From an uncultured Chloroflexia bacterium (GTDB lineage: Bacteria; Chloroflexota; Chloroflexia; Thermomicrobiales; UBA6265): a stretch of DNA of 64,000 nucleotides. This document shows, piece by piece, positions 1-10,012 of this stretch. Positions within the stretch are counted from its first letter, which is position 1. Each line of letters begins with the position of its first letter. The translations under genes were made by a program, and so were the position numbers. A model generated the notes under the pieces. The model was not told where the DNA came from. It was given only the letters and a program-made list of their open reading frames with translations, and ran no database searches. The stretch covers positions 1,037,562-1,101,561 of the forward strand of contig CAVXMV010000005.1 in assembly GCA_963763125.1 (NCBI GenBank), written 5' to 3'.

Positions 1-1
1 G

Positions 2-949
2 AGCCCGATCACCTCGACCCGCGAGAAAATCGAGCGTGACGTACGCGCCGCGCTGGACACGATCGGCGGGGTCGGGCAGATCGCGATCGATTGGCGAACG
101 AAGGTCCGCGCCAGCGGTGGCGGCCGATCGGACGCCCAGCCAATTCCGGGGGTGAAGAACACGATCGCCGTGGCATCCGGCAAGGGTGGGGTTGGCAAGT
201 CGACCGTGGCCGCCAACCTGGCCGTATCCCTGGCCCTGGCCGGGGCCAAGGTTGGCTTGCTCGATGCCGATGTCTACGGTCCGAGTGTGCCGCTGATGAT
301 GGGCGCCAACGAAAAGCCCCTGATGGCGAATAACAAGATCGTCCCGCTCGAGGCGTACGGGGTGAAGCTGATGAGCATCGGCTTCATCCTCGATCCAACC
401 AAGGCGCTGATCTGGCGCGGCCCCCTGGTGGCGCAACTGATCAACCAGTTCCTGAACGATGTGAACTGGGGCGACCTGGATTACCTGGTGCTCGACTTGC
501 CGCCGGGCACCGGCGATGTGCAACTCACGCTGGTCCAGAAGATTCCGATTGCCGGGGCCGTGATCGTGACGACGCCGCAGAAGGTGGCGCTGGCCGACGC
601 TGTCAAGGGACTGAAGATGTTCCAGGAAGTGAAGACACCGATCCTGGGTATCGTCGAGAACATGAGCGGCTTCATTTCGCCAAGCGATGGCGTGCGGTAC
701 AACATCTTCGGTGAAGGCGGCGGTCAGCGCACGGCCGACGAGAACGGTGTCGAGCTGCTCGGACAAATCCCGATCGAGCCTGCGATCGGCACCGGCGGCG
801 ACGAGGGGATCCCGATTGTGGTGGCTGCCCCGGAGTCGGAATCGTCGAAGGCGTTCGCCCATCTTGCCGAGCGGGTGGCGACCCAGCTTGCTGTGCAGGC
901 CGTGGCCAAGCCGCGGAAGCCGACGATCATGCTGAAGACGGTGGGGTAA
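2..949 (+). CDS. mrp: Mrp/ApbC/NBP35-family Fe-S cluster carrier ATPase (5' end outside window)
   Basis: Deviant Walker A 'IAVASGKGGVGKSTVAANLA' and 'DLPPGTGD' motifs. The same frame stays open back to base 2 ('...GQIAIDWRTKV'), consistent with the N-terminal DUF59-like part. The GTG at 152 is therefore probably internal. Confidence 0.9.
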   Translation, partial: SPITSTREKIERDVRAALDTIGGVGQIAIDWRTKVRASGGGRSDAQPIPGVKNTIAVASGKGGVGKSTVAANLAVSLALAGAKVGLLDADVYGPSVPLMMGANEKPLMANNKIVPLEAYGVKLMSIGFILDPTKALIWRGPLVAQLINQFLNDVNWGDLDYLVLDLPPGTGDVQLTLVQKIPIAGAVIVTTPQKVALADAVKGLKMFQEVKTPILGIVENMSGFISPSDGVRYNIFGEGGGQRTADENGVELLGQIPIEPAIGTGGDEGIPIVVAAPESESSKAFAHLAERVATQLAVQAVAKPRKPTIMLKTVG

Positions 950-2517
950 GACGTTTTCTACGTAATCTCGTAGGGTTGCCGACCTACCCTTCACGGACCG
1001 GTTCTGGTAGTGGCTGGTCTTGTGCCGGCCAATCGATACGGGCGGAGCAAGCTCCGCAACCGTACAGAGACTTTTCTGGCATTGGCCGGGATTGTGCGGA
1101 CTAACATGAACGGGCGGATATACGCAGGTCGGATTCGATTGGGCAAGGTGTCGTTCATGGCCTGCCAATTCGCCCCTACAAATTCCCGTAATGCACTTAA
1201 CGTCGCAAGGGCTGGAGATGTGTTATCTATCCGGCCCTTGCGCATTCCGTATTCATTTTGCTCCTGGCAGATTCCGCGTGTCTCCACAGAATCCTGATGT
1301 GCCTCGATACCCCTGATCGGCTCGTCCGAAGCTCACCTGCCATTCGTTTGAGTCGATATCAGTTGCCTCCTGGCATCATCCATCTTGCCTGCACAATACG
1401 ATCGATTGTGTATCCGTCCCCTCGATCGCTCCGGTTTTCACTGATGAGATCATGGCAGTTCGTTGATCTGCTTCCTCATCGACGAGCCGTGCATAGACCG
1501 AATCACCGCAATCGTTGGCCCCGGAAATCAACCGGTATTCCAGCCGTAGCGGCTTGCGACGGTGGCATTGCGCGACATCAGATGGTGCGCACTCAGGCTC
1601 GAAGAGCCTTCCAGGGTCTGTGCGTCACTGTAGGTTTGCGATGTGATCGAGGACAACCGTGGAGCGTTTCCAGACTCGTTCGCACATTCCGACCTTGTCG
1701 TCGTCCAAAAGTTTTGAGCCTTATCTCCGGCTCCCGCGTTCATACAAGATCACGGGATCTTCTGGATGCATGGTGTGCCACCGAATGACGGTATGCGCAA
1801 ACTCGGTGGACCCGTGCTCCTGTTAGGGAGTCATGGTACGGAAACGAAATCGAGGCGATGTCCAATCTCCTGTCGCAAGCCGGGCAGATGGCACGGCAGA
1901 CCGTTCGTCAGAATCACCGTATACGCGGAGGCAGAGCTGGAAACCGTTTCGTGAGCGGTTCCGCTCGATATAGCGGCACTGCGCAGCCGGTTGCGATTCT
2001 GGGTGTTTCCCGCAGATACAGGAAACCGATGGTTATTCTCTTCAACCACACCTGGCCCGGGTGCCAAGGATTATGGCGGGATAGCTCCGCCTGTAGCTCG
2101 GTCGGTTGATGGTTGAACAGTGAGTAAATGCTAAGGATTCCATCCGCAAAAGTCAATAACCCGAAAGGCCCATGCAACCGATTCGAGAATTCACGGATAG
2201 ACACTCAGGGCCATCCCATCCATCACGTCCCACATCGACAGGAAGGTTCCCAAGTCGTATGCCCAGTACGTCGCCGGCCCTGGAAAGGTTCGAACCGACA
2301 CCGCCTTGCCAACCTGCTGCCGGTTTTCCGGAAATGGTTCATTCCGCATGCGTCCTGCGGATTGCCGTGAGTCAGGCGCAGGTGTATTCTGGCAGACACC
2401 TTCCCGTTCGTTCCCATCCTGCTGGCAGCACTTCTCCCCGCGCCGGCATCCGCTCCGGGCCTGTCCGCAGGATCCCGAATCGCTCATCAGACGTTCGTCA
2501 GGACGAAAGGATCTGCG
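950..2517. other. 1.57 kb region without a credible coding frame (possible decayed genes or non-coding RNA)
   Basis: Only short overlapping ORFs with Arg/Ser/Pro-rich nonsense-like translations in all six frames. Hand-counted sample lines give about 52-53% GC versus about 62% in flanking genes. Confidence 0.5.
1004..1035 (-). repeat. REP-like palindromic element, family A (TGGCCGGCACAAGACCGGCCACTAC core)
   Basis: The reverse complement reads cgattggccggcacaagaccagccactaccag. It matches the copies at 3790, 12207, 40842 and 61451. Confidence 0.8.
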
Positions 2518-3342
2518 ATGGAACGCACCACTTCACCCGATGGAATCGCGATTGCATGCTGGCGTTCCGGCGAGGGGCCGCCCCTCCTACTGGTTCATGG
2601 CGGCGTGTCGGACCACACCCGATGGAAACCCGTGCTGCATGGATTCGAGCGTAAGTTCACGGTGTATGCGATGGACCGCCGGGGTCGAGGCGGGAGTGGC
2701 GACGCCTGGTCGTACGCGATCGAACGCGAGTTCGAGGACGTTGCGGCAGTTGTCGATGGCATCGGCGAACCGGTCAACCTGCTTGGCCACTCGTTCGGCG
2801 CGGTTTGCGCGCTGGGGGCCGCGCACCTGACCCCGAACATTCGCGCACTCGTGCTGTACGAGCCTCCCCCTGTAGGAGGCGAGGGATTGCTGTCGCCGAA
2901 GATGGTTACCAGGCTGCAAACGCTGCTGGATCACGGCGATCGAGAAAGCGTTGTCACCCTGTTCATGAGCGAGGTGGCGGCAGTTCCTCCGCAGGAACTG
3001 GCGATGCTGAGAGCGCAGCCGGCCTGGAAAGGCCGGGTTGCCGCCGCCCACACGATCCTCCGCGAGCTGCACGCACTCAAGACGCTCGCCCCGTACGATG
3101 CGGCGCACCTGGGCTCGCTGGCGCTTCCGGTATTGCTGCTGGTGGGTGGTGTAAGCGATCCGATGTATGCCGACAATGTCGGCTTGCTCCACACCTTGCT
3201 GTCCACCAGCCAGGTCGTGGCCCTCCCGGGTCAACAGCACATGGCAATGAACACCAACCCGGAGCTGTTCGAGCAGGAAATCCTGTCATTTCTCACCAAT
3301 GCGGGGACGGATGACGGCGACTCTGTTATCAACGCTGCGTGA
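2518..3342 (+). CDS. alpha/beta-fold hydrolase
   Basis: 'LLLVHGG' oxyanion region and 'GHSFGA' nucleophile elbow. About 270 aa. RBS gaaagga lies upstream of the ATG. Confidence 0.85.
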   Translation: MERTTSPDGIAIACWRSGEGPPLLLVHGGVSDHTRWKPVLHGFERKFTVYAMDRRGRGGSGDAWSYAIEREFEDVAAVVDGIGEPVNLLGHSFGAVCALGAAHLTPNIRALVLYEPPPVGGEGLLSPKMVTRLQTLLDHGDRESVVTLFMSEVAAVPPQELAMLRAQPAWKGRVAAAHTILRELHALKTLAPYDAAHLGSLALPVLLLVGGVSDPMYADNVGLLHTLLSTSQVVALPGQQHMAMNTNPELFEQEILSFLTNAGTDDGDSVINAA

Positions 3343-3351
3343 CGTGTAACG

Positions 3352-3747
3352 TCAGTCGCCAGCGGCCTGATCGATGAACGCCTTGATCCGGTCGCGATAG
3401 GCCTGGGGAAGCTCCCAGTAATTGGCTTCGGCGATGATTTCTGCAGGCGCTCCGATTGCCGATGGTTCGCTGGCGAGCATCGCGGTCGCCGACGAACCAT
3501 CGGGGAGCGTCAGCGGCACCGGCATGCCCCGGAGCGGCTCACCAACCTCGACGATGATGCCCCACACCTCGGGTCCGAACGCGTTCGCACCCAGACCGGC
3601 GCCCTGGGTGAGCACCCCGTCGGCACGGGCGATGCCAACGAACCGCGATGCCGGCCAGCGGTCGCGAATCAAGGAGGGATTCATGTCGGCGCCGCAAAGA
3701 AAGGCGCGGCTCTTGAAGGCGGGGTTGGCTGGATCCTGGCTTGTCAC
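3352..3747 (-). CDS. gamma-glutamylcyclotransferase/AIG2-like family protein (tentative)
   Basis: N-terminal 'FLCGADMNPSLIRDRWP' resembles the GGCT-like 'FxYGSNM...R' signature. GTG start with an AGGAGA RBS. Confidence 0.5.
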   Translation of the reverse strand: MTSQDPANPAFKSRAFLCGADMNPSLIRDRWPASRFVGIARADGVLTQGAGLGANAFGPEVWGIIVEVGEPLRGMPVPLTLPDGSSATAMLASEPSAIGAPAEIIAEANYWELPQAYRDRIKAFIDQAAGD

Positions 3748-3789
3748 GGGTGTGTTTTCTCCTGGCGATCGTGAAGACCATCAAAACCG

Positions 3790-3820
3790 TTGGCCGGCAC
3801 AAGACCGGCCACTACGAGAG
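3790..3820 (+). repeat. REP-like palindromic element, family A
   Basis: ttggccggcacaagaccggccactacgagag, lying between two same-strand genes. Stem TGGCCGG/CCGGCCA with a 7-nt loop. Confidence 0.8.
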
Positions 3821-5149
3821 CAAAAGGGTCTCCGGCAGGTCGGGGCCGGCAAATCCATGCAAGGGTGGGTTGACCGGCGCGCTCCGGGCGAGGCCCAGCA
3901 CCCGGAATCGTCCCATACCTGCCGGATCGATCAAGCGAAAAACCGCCGCCTGGGCCCGATAGTAATCCTCAATGACGATTCCCGGTTCCTGCTGGAGGTT
4001 TACGAGGAGTTCGCCAAGACCAGTGTTGGCCAGAAAATCGGCCTGGGTCGTCAATCCGGCACTGATCATTCCATTCTGTTGCGCGACATCGATGATCAGC
4101 GAGAAGTCGACGTGGGCAGTCATGTCACGCTCGCCAACGGCTTCATACGGTCTGTCCGTAACCTGGTGATTGCCGTAGATACGGAGGGTGCTTTCCAGGC
4201 GATGATCGGCATAGAGTTCGGCAGCGGGATATCCGTAATCGACGATCAGCGCATAGCCGCGTGCCAGCCGCCGGGCAATGTCGCGGGTCCACTCCGCCGT
4301 GGCCGGTGAGATTTCCAAACGAGCGTCGATGGGTAGCGCACCGGTGTCGAGGTCAGCACGAGTGAGGTACGCGACGGGATCGAAGGCGACGACCTCAGGC
4401 GAGAGGGTTCCGGCCCGCTCGACGAACCCGGTGAGGTCGTCCCAGGTCACCCACAGTTCCTCGAATCCGGTTCCGGTCCAACGCAGCCGATGCACGGGCA
4501 TTGCATCGGCGACCTCATTGGCGAGGATGATGCCGGTGAAGGAGTCGGCGTTGTCCGGCGAATCGATCTCGACCACGTCCGCGAGGCCGATCTCGGCCAT
4601 TGCCGCGTACGCCTGGTCGGTGCGATGTGGGTTGATGTCGTTCAACCGGTAATGCAGGGCGGATCGCATTTCGGGTCGCGCGTCGAGCATGCCGACGATC
4701 ACGTCGTAGGCGAGACCGCCGATTCCGGAACCGTATTCGAGCACGGTGAACGGATTCGGATTGCCGAGGCGATCCCAGCACTCGACGATCTGGCGGGCAA
4801 TCGTGAGCCCGAAGAACGGGTGCATCTCGGGGGCGGTGAGGAAATCGCCGCTGCGACCGGGGCGCCGGATCGGCGACATATAGTACCCAAAAGCCGGGTG
4901 GTAGAGTGAGAGGTCCATAAAGCGGGCGAAGGTGATCCTGCCTGTGGCGTCGATCTCCTCCCGGATGAGCGCGATCAGCGCCGGGTTGCCTCCTGTACCG
5001 GATGCGTTGTCTGTTTCTGGTGCCACCGCGCGTCGCTCATCCCTTCCGAGAGGTATTGTATCGGTTGGCGCGGTTCCCGGGGGGTCGGCGGGACGTCCTG
5101 GCGCCGAATCCCATGCGCCCATCGCCTGCGGCTCTTTGCAGAATGACAA
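3812..5149 (-). CDS. class I SAM-dependent methyltransferase, MidA/NDUFAF7 (DUF185) family
   Basis: 'ITFARFMDLSLYHPAFGYY' and 'GDFLTAPEMHPFFG' match the DUF185 signature. The start is uncertain (TTG at 5149 or ATG at 5122). Confidence 0.8.
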   Translation of the reverse strand: MSFCKEPQAMGAWDSAPGRPADPPGTAPTDTIPLGRDERRAVAPETDNASGTGGNPALIALIREEIDATGRITFARFMDLSLYHPAFGYYMSPIRRPGRSGDFLTAPEMHPFFGLTIARQIVECWDRLGNPNPFTVLEYGSGIGGLAYDVIVGMLDARPEMRSALHYRLNDINPHRTDQAYAAMAEIGLADVVEIDSPDNADSFTGIILANEVADAMPVHRLRWTGTGFEELWVTWDDLTGFVERAGTLSPEVVAFDPVAYLTRADLDTGALPIDARLEISPATAEWTRDIARRLARGYALIVDYGYPAAELYADHRLESTLRIYGNHQVTDRPYEAVGERDMTAHVDFSLIIDVAQQNGMISAGLTTQADFLANTGLGELLVNLQQEPGIVIEDYYRAQAAVFRLIDPAGMGRFRVLGLARSAPVNPPLHGFAGPDLPETLLLS

Positions 5150-5327
5150 TTAACTGGCTCTGCCAGGTATTTCCCCGACAAGAACCCTCAGAACGGCGGC
5201 GATCCTCCTGATCCAGGCGATCGTCGGAGTATAGTTAAGCTATGGTGAAACGCACGGTGTGAGCCAGGCTGCCTGGGCAGCGATGCGTACATGAGCGATA
5301 GCCCGGCAGGCAAGAAGGAGCACTTCC

Positions 5328-5735
5328 ATGGCGAAAAGCGGCCACAACGGCGCATTCATCGTTGGATCGATTCTGGGGGGAGCAGTTGGCGCAGTCACCG
5401 CACTCTGGAAAACCCCGCAATCGGGAGCCGAGTTGCGGGCCCGGCTCGGCATCGAGCGGGAGGTGAGCCATGCAGCCTCAACCGCGAAACATGCGGCAAA
5501 CACCGCGAGCGAGCTGGTCTCCGGCGCAGTCGCCGCCAGCAAACCGCTTTCCAGCAAGGCGCTCCGGTTGGTCGAGACCGCATCGGCTCCGTTGGTTGGG
5601 GTGAAACTGGGGCAGACCGCGAACAACAGCCAACCAGCACCTCCGGACATAGCGGCGGGATCGATCAACGATGGTTCACCGGAGACCGGGACACAGCCCG
5701 AAGTCGCACCCATTACGCCTCCGTGGGCAAAATGA
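5328..5735 (+). CDS. YtxH-domain protein
   Basis: N-terminal 'FIVGSILGGAVGAVTALWKTPQSGAELR' is typical of YtxH. RBS gaaggag. Confidence 0.75.
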   Translation: MAKSGHNGAFIVGSILGGAVGAVTALWKTPQSGAELRARLGIEREVSHAASTAKHAANTASELVSGAVAASKPLSSKALRLVETASAPLVGVKLGQTANNSQPAPPDIAAGSINDGSPETGTQPEVAPITPPWAK

Positions 5736-5801
5736 CCTGATACCACGGGGTCTCCGGGGATTCCGTGCTTCATCTGCACCAGAATCAGGAAAGGACTGAA
5801 G

Positions 5802-6002
5802 ATGCTCGGCAACGCACGCACCGCAATGAAGTTCCTTGTTTATGGACTCGTGCTCGGTCTTCTGTTTGCCCCTCGCAGTGGCAAGGAAACCCGCAAGGAA
5901 TTGATGAGCTGGGTTTCGGAAACCGTCCAGGAAACTGTCAAGACGGTGACCGGCGGCGGCACGAACCAGAGCGCCGACGAAACCCAGCCAATGACCAACT
6001 AG
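5802..6002 (+). CDS. YtxH-domain protein (short paralogue)
   Basis: 'LVYGLVLGLLFAPRSGKETRKEL' matches the YtxH motif. RBS aggaaagga. Confidence 0.7.
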   Translation: MLGNARTAMKFLVYGLVLGLLFAPRSGKETRKELMSWVSETVQETVKTVTGGGTNQSADETQPMTN

Positions 6003-6043
6003 GCTGGCGCTCCTCGACCGCGCTTAAACCTGCATACAACAAC

Positions 6044-6083
6044 AAACGGGGATGGCGACTGATCGCCATCCCCGTTTGTTTGT
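6044..6083 (+). terminator. rho-independent terminator
   Basis: aaacggggatggcga-ctga-tcgccatccccgttt gives a perfect 15-bp stem. It is followed by a T-rich tgtttgt and preceded by an A-rich run, so it may work in both directions. Confidence 0.75.
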
Positions 6084-6571
6084 GGGTGACACTGGCGGCA
6101 AACGAGCCAATCTCCCGTTTTGCTCGTTACACGTGATGACCAGATGACGCAATGTAACGAGTCCACGCCATTTGGCTCCAACATTGGGCTCATCACTATT
6201 CGCGGCATGTTTGCGTAGGGCGGTACCCCCGGTCGCTAGAGTCACCTGGCCAACCACATTGCAGAGGTGTCCGTCCGTTCCCGGTGAAATTTTCAGGTCG
6301 ACACCCTACGCCCTGTCGCGCAACACGCACATTGCGACCGGAGTCGGACCCTACGAAATCCGGTGCACATGCCTCTTCAATGCCCATTCAGCCACGGGCG
6401 GATATACGCGGGGCGGGTGTCCCACACGGAAATCCACTTTTTGGCCCGCTAACTCGCTACGCTGCCGCCCCTACGAAACCCGCGTGATGCATGCGAGTGC
6501 GCCCGGGTGGACGATCCCCGTACACTTGGGGGCAGCGTTCGCTCCGGCATTCGTCTCCAGGAGATGTGTCC

Positions 6572-6823
6572 ATGACCAGCTTCTTTCGCCTCCAGGTCGA
6601 TCTCGATGAACTCACTGATGCGATGTACGATTTCGTGACCGATCCCCAACCCAGCCGCAACGATCGTCCAGTCGTGCAGGAACTGAATGATCTCAATCAC
6701 GATCTGGTCGATGTCCTCGAATGCATGGTGCTCGATGGCACCGAGGAACGGCAGGATGTCGCCGATTTCGTGTATACCGTGTTTGGTTCCCAGGGTTTAG
6801 GGCTGCGCAAGGTTGAATCCTGA
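6572..6823 (+). CDS. hypothetical acidic protein (83 aa)
   Basis: The ATG is preceded by aggaga. The translation 'MTSFFRLQVDLDELTDAMYDF...' is protein-like. No family recognised. Confidence 0.4.
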   Translation: MTSFFRLQVDLDELTDAMYDFVTDPQPSRNDRPVVQELNDLNHDLVDVLECMVLDGTEERQDVADFVYTVFGSQGLGLRKVES

Positions 6824-6915
6824 CCTCAACAACGTCTCACCTCCTATCAATGGAAAGCAGTACTTAACGTGATCAGGCAAACGCAGCGAACCCCAGGCAC
6901 GAACGGCAGGTGGGT

Positions 6916-7947
6916 ATGAGCGGATCGCGACTGATCTTTTCTGCTGCCGAAGATTATCTGGAACCGGCGAGCGAGGAGCTGCGGGAACGATTTCCGGATG
7001 CAACGTTCGGGGAGATCGGGCCCGATCTTGGCTGGATTGCCGCCGATGGGCTGTCGATCAGCCTGCTCGCCCAGACATGCCGGGAAACGCCGACGATTTT
7101 CGTGCGGCACCTGATGCGCGAAGTCGGCACGATTCCGGCGAATCTCGCCAACCAGATCGACGAGGTGGTCGCGATCGCGATCGGCGCCTGGACCCAATTG
7201 CCGGTCAAACCCGACGTTTCGCTCCAGGTTTGGTCCTCCGGTGAGATCCCGGTCGACTATCGAACCGACGAATTACGCCACGCCCTGGCCGATGCCCTGG
7301 CTGAGCGCAACATCACGGTCGCCCGGTCTGGGCGGGACCAGATTCTCGGGGCAATCGTGACTCCGGAAGGAATCATCCTTGGCCTGAACGGTCTCGACAG
7401 CGCGCTCAGCGATTGGCCGGGGGGCCGGGTTCGGCTGGCCAAACCGAAGGGGCAGGTTTCACGCTCCGAATTCAAGCTGGAAGAACTCTTCCGCGTTCAT
7501 ACCGATCTCGACCTTCCCGATGGTGGGGTGGCGATTGATCTCGGCGCCAGCCCGGGTGGCTGGGCGAGGATCTTGCGACAACGAGGATTCACGGTGTGGG
7601 CGATCGATCCAGGCCGGCTCGATCCGCGCATCGCGGCCGATACCGGGGTGTTGCATGTGCGAACCACAGCAGGGCCGTTCCTCGCCACGACCCAGGTTAT
7701 TGCGGACCTGATCGTGAACGACATGCGGATGGATCCTGACCTCTCAACATCGGTAATGCTCGATGCCGCACGCTGCCTCAAACCGGCAGGGATGATGATC
7801 CAGACCCTGAAGGTGACTCCCCACAACACGCTTCGCAATGTGCGCCGGGTACTTGGCACATTACAGGAGGCGTACGAAATCGTTTGGGCAGGGCAGCTTC
7901 ACCACAACCGCAACGAAGTGACCGTCGTCGCTCGGAAATCAGGCTGA
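6916..7947 (+). CDS. RlmM-like (FtsJ-fold) SAM-dependent RNA 2'-O-methyltransferase
   Basis: 'SRSEFKLEELF', 'AIDLGASPGGWARILRQRGFTVWAIDPG' and C-terminal 'QLHHNRNEVTVVARK' parallel E. coli RlmM. The start could also be the GTG at 6910. Confidence 0.7.
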   Translation: MSGSRLIFSAAEDYLEPASEELRERFPDATFGEIGPDLGWIAADGLSISLLAQTCRETPTIFVRHLMREVGTIPANLANQIDEVVAIAIGAWTQLPVKPDVSLQVWSSGEIPVDYRTDELRHALADALAERNITVARSGRDQILGAIVTPEGIILGLNGLDSALSDWPGGRVRLAKPKGQVSRSEFKLEELFRVHTDLDLPDGGVAIDLGASPGGWARILRQRGFTVWAIDPGRLDPRIAADTGVLHVRTTAGPFLATTQVIADLIVNDMRMDPDLSTSVMLDAARCLKPAGMMIQTLKVTPHNTLRNVRRVLGTLQEAYEIVWAGQLHHNRNEVTVVARKSG

Positions 7948-8760
7948 TGACATTTACTCCCGATATGGATGCTGTCGGGCAGATTCTGCGAGAAGCGGCG
8001 GCAACCACAGTCGTTCCCCGGTTCCGGATGCTGGCCGATCACGAGATCGAGGAGAAATCGCCGGGCGAAGTCGTCACGATTGCCGACCGTGAGGCCGAGG
8101 CGATGATCACGACCCGGTTGCAGGCAATGCTGCCGGGTGTGCCGGTGGTCGGCGAAGAAGCGGTCGCGGCCGATCCGTCATTGATCGAGGCAATCACCAC
8201 GGGGCCATGCGTGTGGCTCGTCGATCCGCTCGACGGCACTGCCAATTTCGCGGCTAGGCGATCCGCATTGGGCGGTAATGGTGGCTTTTGTGCGTGACAG
8301 CGAGACCGTAGCTTCGTGGATCTACCGCCATGCCGACGATCGCCTCTACCAAGCGGAGCGAGGCAGTGGCTCGTGCTGTGACGGGGTGAGAATTGCCTGC
8401 ACGGAACCCACGTCTGGGGTCGACTCCCTTCGTGGAGCCGTGCTCGAGAAATTCCTGACCGGTGACGAGCGGGCGCGGATGATTCCGCGATTCCACGATT
8501 TCGCGGAGATCAACGGCGGGTTCACCTGCGCAGGCTACGAGTACCCAGCGATCATTGCTGGAGTCGAAGACTTCGCGGTATTCCAGCGGCAACTCCCCTG
8601 GGACCATGCGCCTGGCGCGCTCTTGCTGACTGAGGCTGGCGGTGTGGCGCGACGACCGGACGGAATTGATTTCCGTCCCGACCGGATTGCGCGCGGCCTG
8701 ATCGTGGCCGCTGGCGAAGGCACCTGGCAAAAGGTGCGAGACGTCTTCTACGGCGCTTGA
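7947..8760 (+). pseudogene. inositol monophosphatase family gene with a +1 frameshift near 8256
   Basis: 'WLVDPLDGTANFAA' in frame 0 continues as 'GDPHWAVMVAFV...LPWDHAPGALLL' in frame 1. One extra base at about 8256 is responsible. The ATG overlaps the upstream stop (TGATG). Confidence 0.8.
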
Positions 8761-8849
8761 GCCGATTCGGGGCGGTCTACAGGCCGCGACAGCCTTACCC
8801 TCCCCAAGCCGTCATTCTGAACTTGTGCAGCGGAGCGATAGAATCCCCC

Positions 8850-8931
8850 GGCGCAGCGAAGCGATAGCTGGTCCGCGTCAGCGGACGTGGGTGAAACCGT
8901 CACCAAGCGCCGGCTATCGCTTCGCTGCGCC
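8850..8931. repeat. 82-nt structured palindromic element
   Basis: A perfect 19-bp inverted repeat, ggcgcagcgaagcgatagc / gctatcgcttcgctgcgcc, encloses two small hairpins (gtccgc-gtca-gcggac and ggtga-aaccg-tcacc). Confidence 0.7.
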
Positions 8932-9262
8932 GTCGAGTGCTTCGCAAGTGCAGTCCACCGAGGCAAAGTCGGCTGTCCTGGACGGGACACGCTTCAATTG
9001 GGAAATCAGATTGGACTGCGGTCCAGGAGTTATCGCTGCGCGGCGGGCGGAGCAAGCATCGCTGCGCTGCCGCAACCCTACGCCAATCGGGAACGGTGCC
9101 GAGCCGATACACCCTGTGCCGCACGGCAAGATACCAGGAATGAACGATCAGGCATGACGTCACGATGCCCTGATGAAACCGTTTCGGCGATCGCAACGTC
9201 TGATAGGGGTGCGGCGGGAATCCCGCCACCGGTTTTCACCTCCTGAAAGGCGTTCTGGCGCG

Positions 9263-9901
9263 ATGACAACCTGGCTCACCGAACGCTTGCGCTCACATGT
9301 CGCGCTGGCGGCCATCCTCCTTGCAATCTGCACCATGATTTCAACACCGCTTTCCGGCGCGGCGCAGGATATTCACGACTTTTCATTCACGATCGATCCT
9401 CTCCCTGCCTGCACGGCGAATGCGACCATCTCGGGCACGGTCACGTTGACCGGCCTGACGACGGGATATGGTTTTTATGTACAGCTACGAGGTGATGGCG
9501 TCGTTCTCGACGGTCAGGCCTTCGAAGGTCACGACGGCTACTCCGATGGCGACTACGACTGGTCGGTGACGGGTGACCTTACCGGGGCGTACGAGGTGCT
9601 CGATCTTCACTTCGCGATCTACGACGGTGAACTCGACCTGATCCGGGATGAAACGGTGTTGCTCTCGCCGGATTGTGGACCGACACCGACAGAGGTTCCC
9701 CCGACTGAGCTGCCAGTTACGGTCATATCGGCAACACCGGAATCGACCGAACCCACCCATTCGTCGTCTGTGACATCATTGCCGACGACAGGTGCCGGCG
9801 GCACGTCCACGGCAGACGTATGGCTGGTGCTGGCGTTCACCTCGGCCACGGTACTCGGGTTGGTTGCGCTCGCGGTGCTCGACCGCCGACCGCAGATCTA
9901 G
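9263..9901 (+). CDS. LPXTG-anchored cell-surface protein
   Basis: N-terminal signal/TM 'ALAAILLAICTMISTPLSGAAQD'. C-terminal 'LPTTGAGG' is followed by a hydrophobic span and 'DRR', a sortase sorting signal. Confidence 0.75.
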   Translation: MTTWLTERLRSHVALAAILLAICTMISTPLSGAAQDIHDFSFTIDPLPACTANATISGTVTLTGLTTGYGFYVQLRGDGVVLDGQAFEGHDGYSDGDYDWSVTGDLTGAYEVLDLHFAIYDGELDLIRDETVLLSPDCGPTPTEVPPTELPVTVISATPESTEPTHSSSVTSLPTTGAGGTSTADVWLVLAFTSATVLGLVALAVLDRRPQI

Positions 9902-10012
9902 CGAATACATCGTCAGGGAGCACTAATGGCGGGAAGCGACAGGGTAGACGACACCCTGCAGGACCGAGACACGCGATCGGCAACCCTACGAGGACAGTCG
10001 TGCGCAACTGCG

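Noticed and set aside
1125-1145. tmRNA-like 'ggattcga' string.
   Set aside because: No 5' GGGG acceptor, no tag reading frame and no 3' tRNA-like end nearby.
2066-2300. tRNA-like strings: tgtagctcggtcggtt at about 2084 and ggttcgaacc at about 2288.
   Set aside because: No acceptor, anticodon or T stems can be paired around them, so they are not tRNA genes.
5240-5821. 193-aa minus-strand ORF overlapping the YtxH genes.
   Set aside because: Antisense shadow. The plus-strand ORFs have RBSs and the characteristic YtxH N-terminal helix.
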